In this document: in pieces, positions 62,364 to 64,000 of the stretch | Layout: every line of letters starts with the position of its first letter | How positions within the stretch are numbered: the stretch's first letter is position 1 | Assembly (NCBI RefSeq): GCF_037042905.1 | Contig: NC_087252.1 | Coordinates: forward strand, 21,392,001-21,456,000 | Length of the DNA stretch: 64,000 bases | Direction: 5' to 3' | Source: Lytechinus pictus | Lineage: Eukaryota | The notes under the pieces: model-generated | What the model saw: the letters and a program-made list of their open reading frames with translations, nothing else | Database searches by the model: none | What the model was told of the DNA's origin: nothing | Translations under genes and position numbers: made by a program

Positions 62364-62616
62364 CATGATAACTTTGTGAATATAATCATAGATATTATAA
62401 TCTTATGCATTTGAAAGCTGTGTATCCTATTCATTTATCCATTGGATCATTATAATGCAACCATCATTTTTAATCCATCTGTTGCCTAGTGGAACTTGGA
62501 AGTTCCTGTAGAAAGCCTAATAATTTTTGTTTAAAGAATTCAGTTATCAACAGGTTAAAGTCTCGTAATTACAAAGAAATCCCTTGAGAAATACAATCAT
62601 GTAGAAGTGTTACTGT

Positions 62617-63073
62617 GGGTGACACAGCATTTGCTCCTGCGACAGTTGTTCCGGCCTTTATTTCATCTAAGATATAGGGTTAGCATAAGGGTTGCAATAG
62701 GGTTTTATGTTGGGTTTAGGATAGGGTTAAAGTTGGTGATTCCGTTAAAGCTTGGTTCCACTGCACTTACGGATGCAGAGAGGATGTAAAACGGAAAAGA
62801 ATCTTGCCACCCGTTGGAAAACGGTATCCGCTGTGTACTCTTTGCATACGTGTTTCATACGCTCTATATCCATTGAGCATCTGTCCTTTGTGATTTCATT
62901 GTTTGCTTGTTTTGTCCATTGTCTGGAGCGGATGAAAACGGATGGAGCCATCCTGAAATTTTGCTTGTCCGCTGTATCCGTTGTGTTTTGTGTCCGTCGG
63001 CCAGTGGGACCAGGCTTTTAGTGTGTGGAATTGAAAGCGGAGCAATTTCCACCAGAGCCAATGTCCTGGAACC
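62617..63073 (+). mobile_element. AGGGTT-core MITE hosting a nested MITE
   Basis: Colinear with 39795-39990 once 62748-63017 is removed. Confidence 0.75.
62748..63017. mobile_element. Harbinger-type MITE with ACGGAT repeats
   Basis: TIR AAGC(T/C)TGGT(T/C)CCACTG; TTA TSD at 62745-47 and 63018-20. Confidence 0.85.
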
Positions 63074-63519
63074 GTGACTGTGATTATGTTTTCCTGACAC
63101 ACACATTGTATTTACACATTTTATGCAACTGTACAGTATGCACAGAACATGCCAATAAAGTACAAAACCACTTTCTACTATCCCATTGAGAAAATTCGAA
63201 GCCCGACAAAAAACAAGTTAGGTGCTGCGGCTTTTTCAGTCAAGACGATGTTATTGAATGGCAAGGGAGATAAACCAGTTTTGGTTGACAACCATTTGTC
63301 TCGAGCAAAACAGCTGTGCAGCATGTTAGGCCTTCAATTGGGTTAGTGTGCAGGAATGGGAGGAAGAAATACACGTAGGGTTGGCTTGGTTTAAAGTTTT
63401 TTTTTCTTAAAGGCTTCTAGAGAAGGTTAAAGGCAAGAATAGCCATTTTGAAACATTTAAATTTGAATGTGATGCAGAATTTTTAAAATCTTCATTTTGA
63501 GGAAATGACTCGCTAAACT

Positions 63520-63683
63520 TACTACTACCACTACTACCACCACCACCACCACTACTACTACTACCACCACTACTACTACAACCACTACGATGACGAGTAG
63601 TAGTACTACTACTGCTACTACTTCTACTACTTTTGTTACCACTGCTGCTGCTACTACTGCTGCTACTACTACTACTACTACTG

Positions 63684-63725
<42 letters not shown>

Positions 63726-63773
63726 GAACTATTACTATTAATACTGCTGCTGTTTCTACTATTGATACTGCTG
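63520..63773. repeat. (CTA/CCA/CTG)n microsatellite
   Basis: Trinucleotide runs. Confidence 0.9.
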
Positions 63774-63911
63774 GGGCCCGTTGCAATAAAACCTTTGCCT
63801 AAGAAAAAACTCTGGCAAACAAAATTATGCCATTGAAAATTACACCTTACAAAATACTGGCAAAAAAATTTGCCAGAGTTTTTTATGGCAAAAGTTTTAT
63901 GCAACGTGCCC
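63774..63911. mobile_element. Small Harbinger-like MITE
   Basis: GGGCCCGTTGCAATAAAAC..GTTTTATGCAACGTGCCC; CTG TSD. Confidence 0.8.
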
Positions 63912-64000
63912 CTGGTGCTGAACAGGATTTTCACAATTGTTGGCAGCTCTGCATTATACTTGGCCTGTAATCAGTAATTTAATATCTACCTCAGATACCA

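Overview
This is AT-rich eukaryotic (animal) genomic DNA with no intact protein-coding gene that I can support. Nearly all long ORFs in the track are microsatellite or repeat artefacts. The repeat families present (tRNA-derived SINEs, DINE/Helentron-like AGGTCA-rich elements, many MITEs, poly-G tracts) look like sea-urchin intergenic or intronic DNA; this is an inference. The main structure is a nested stack at about 2.4-18.3 kb. A degenerate ~175-190 bp tandem repeat is interrupted by several MITEs. One of these MITEs is split by a 12,943-bp element (4326-17268) with imperfect 18-bp GG..CC terminal inverted repeats (TIRs) and a TAA target-site duplication (TSD), typical of PIF/Harbinger. I see no transposase in it. 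It carries a 3.5-kb 180-bp satellite with higher-order structure, several secondary insertions and decayed ORFs. One ORF is restored in frame by removing a MITE. Another set of fragments resembles a signal peptide plus FGF/beta-trefoil-like strands (speculative). Two more multi-kb non-autonomous TIR elements follow (21212-25277, 25551-28922). The rest is microsatellites, SINEs, MITEs and short complex islands that may be cis-regulatory modules.
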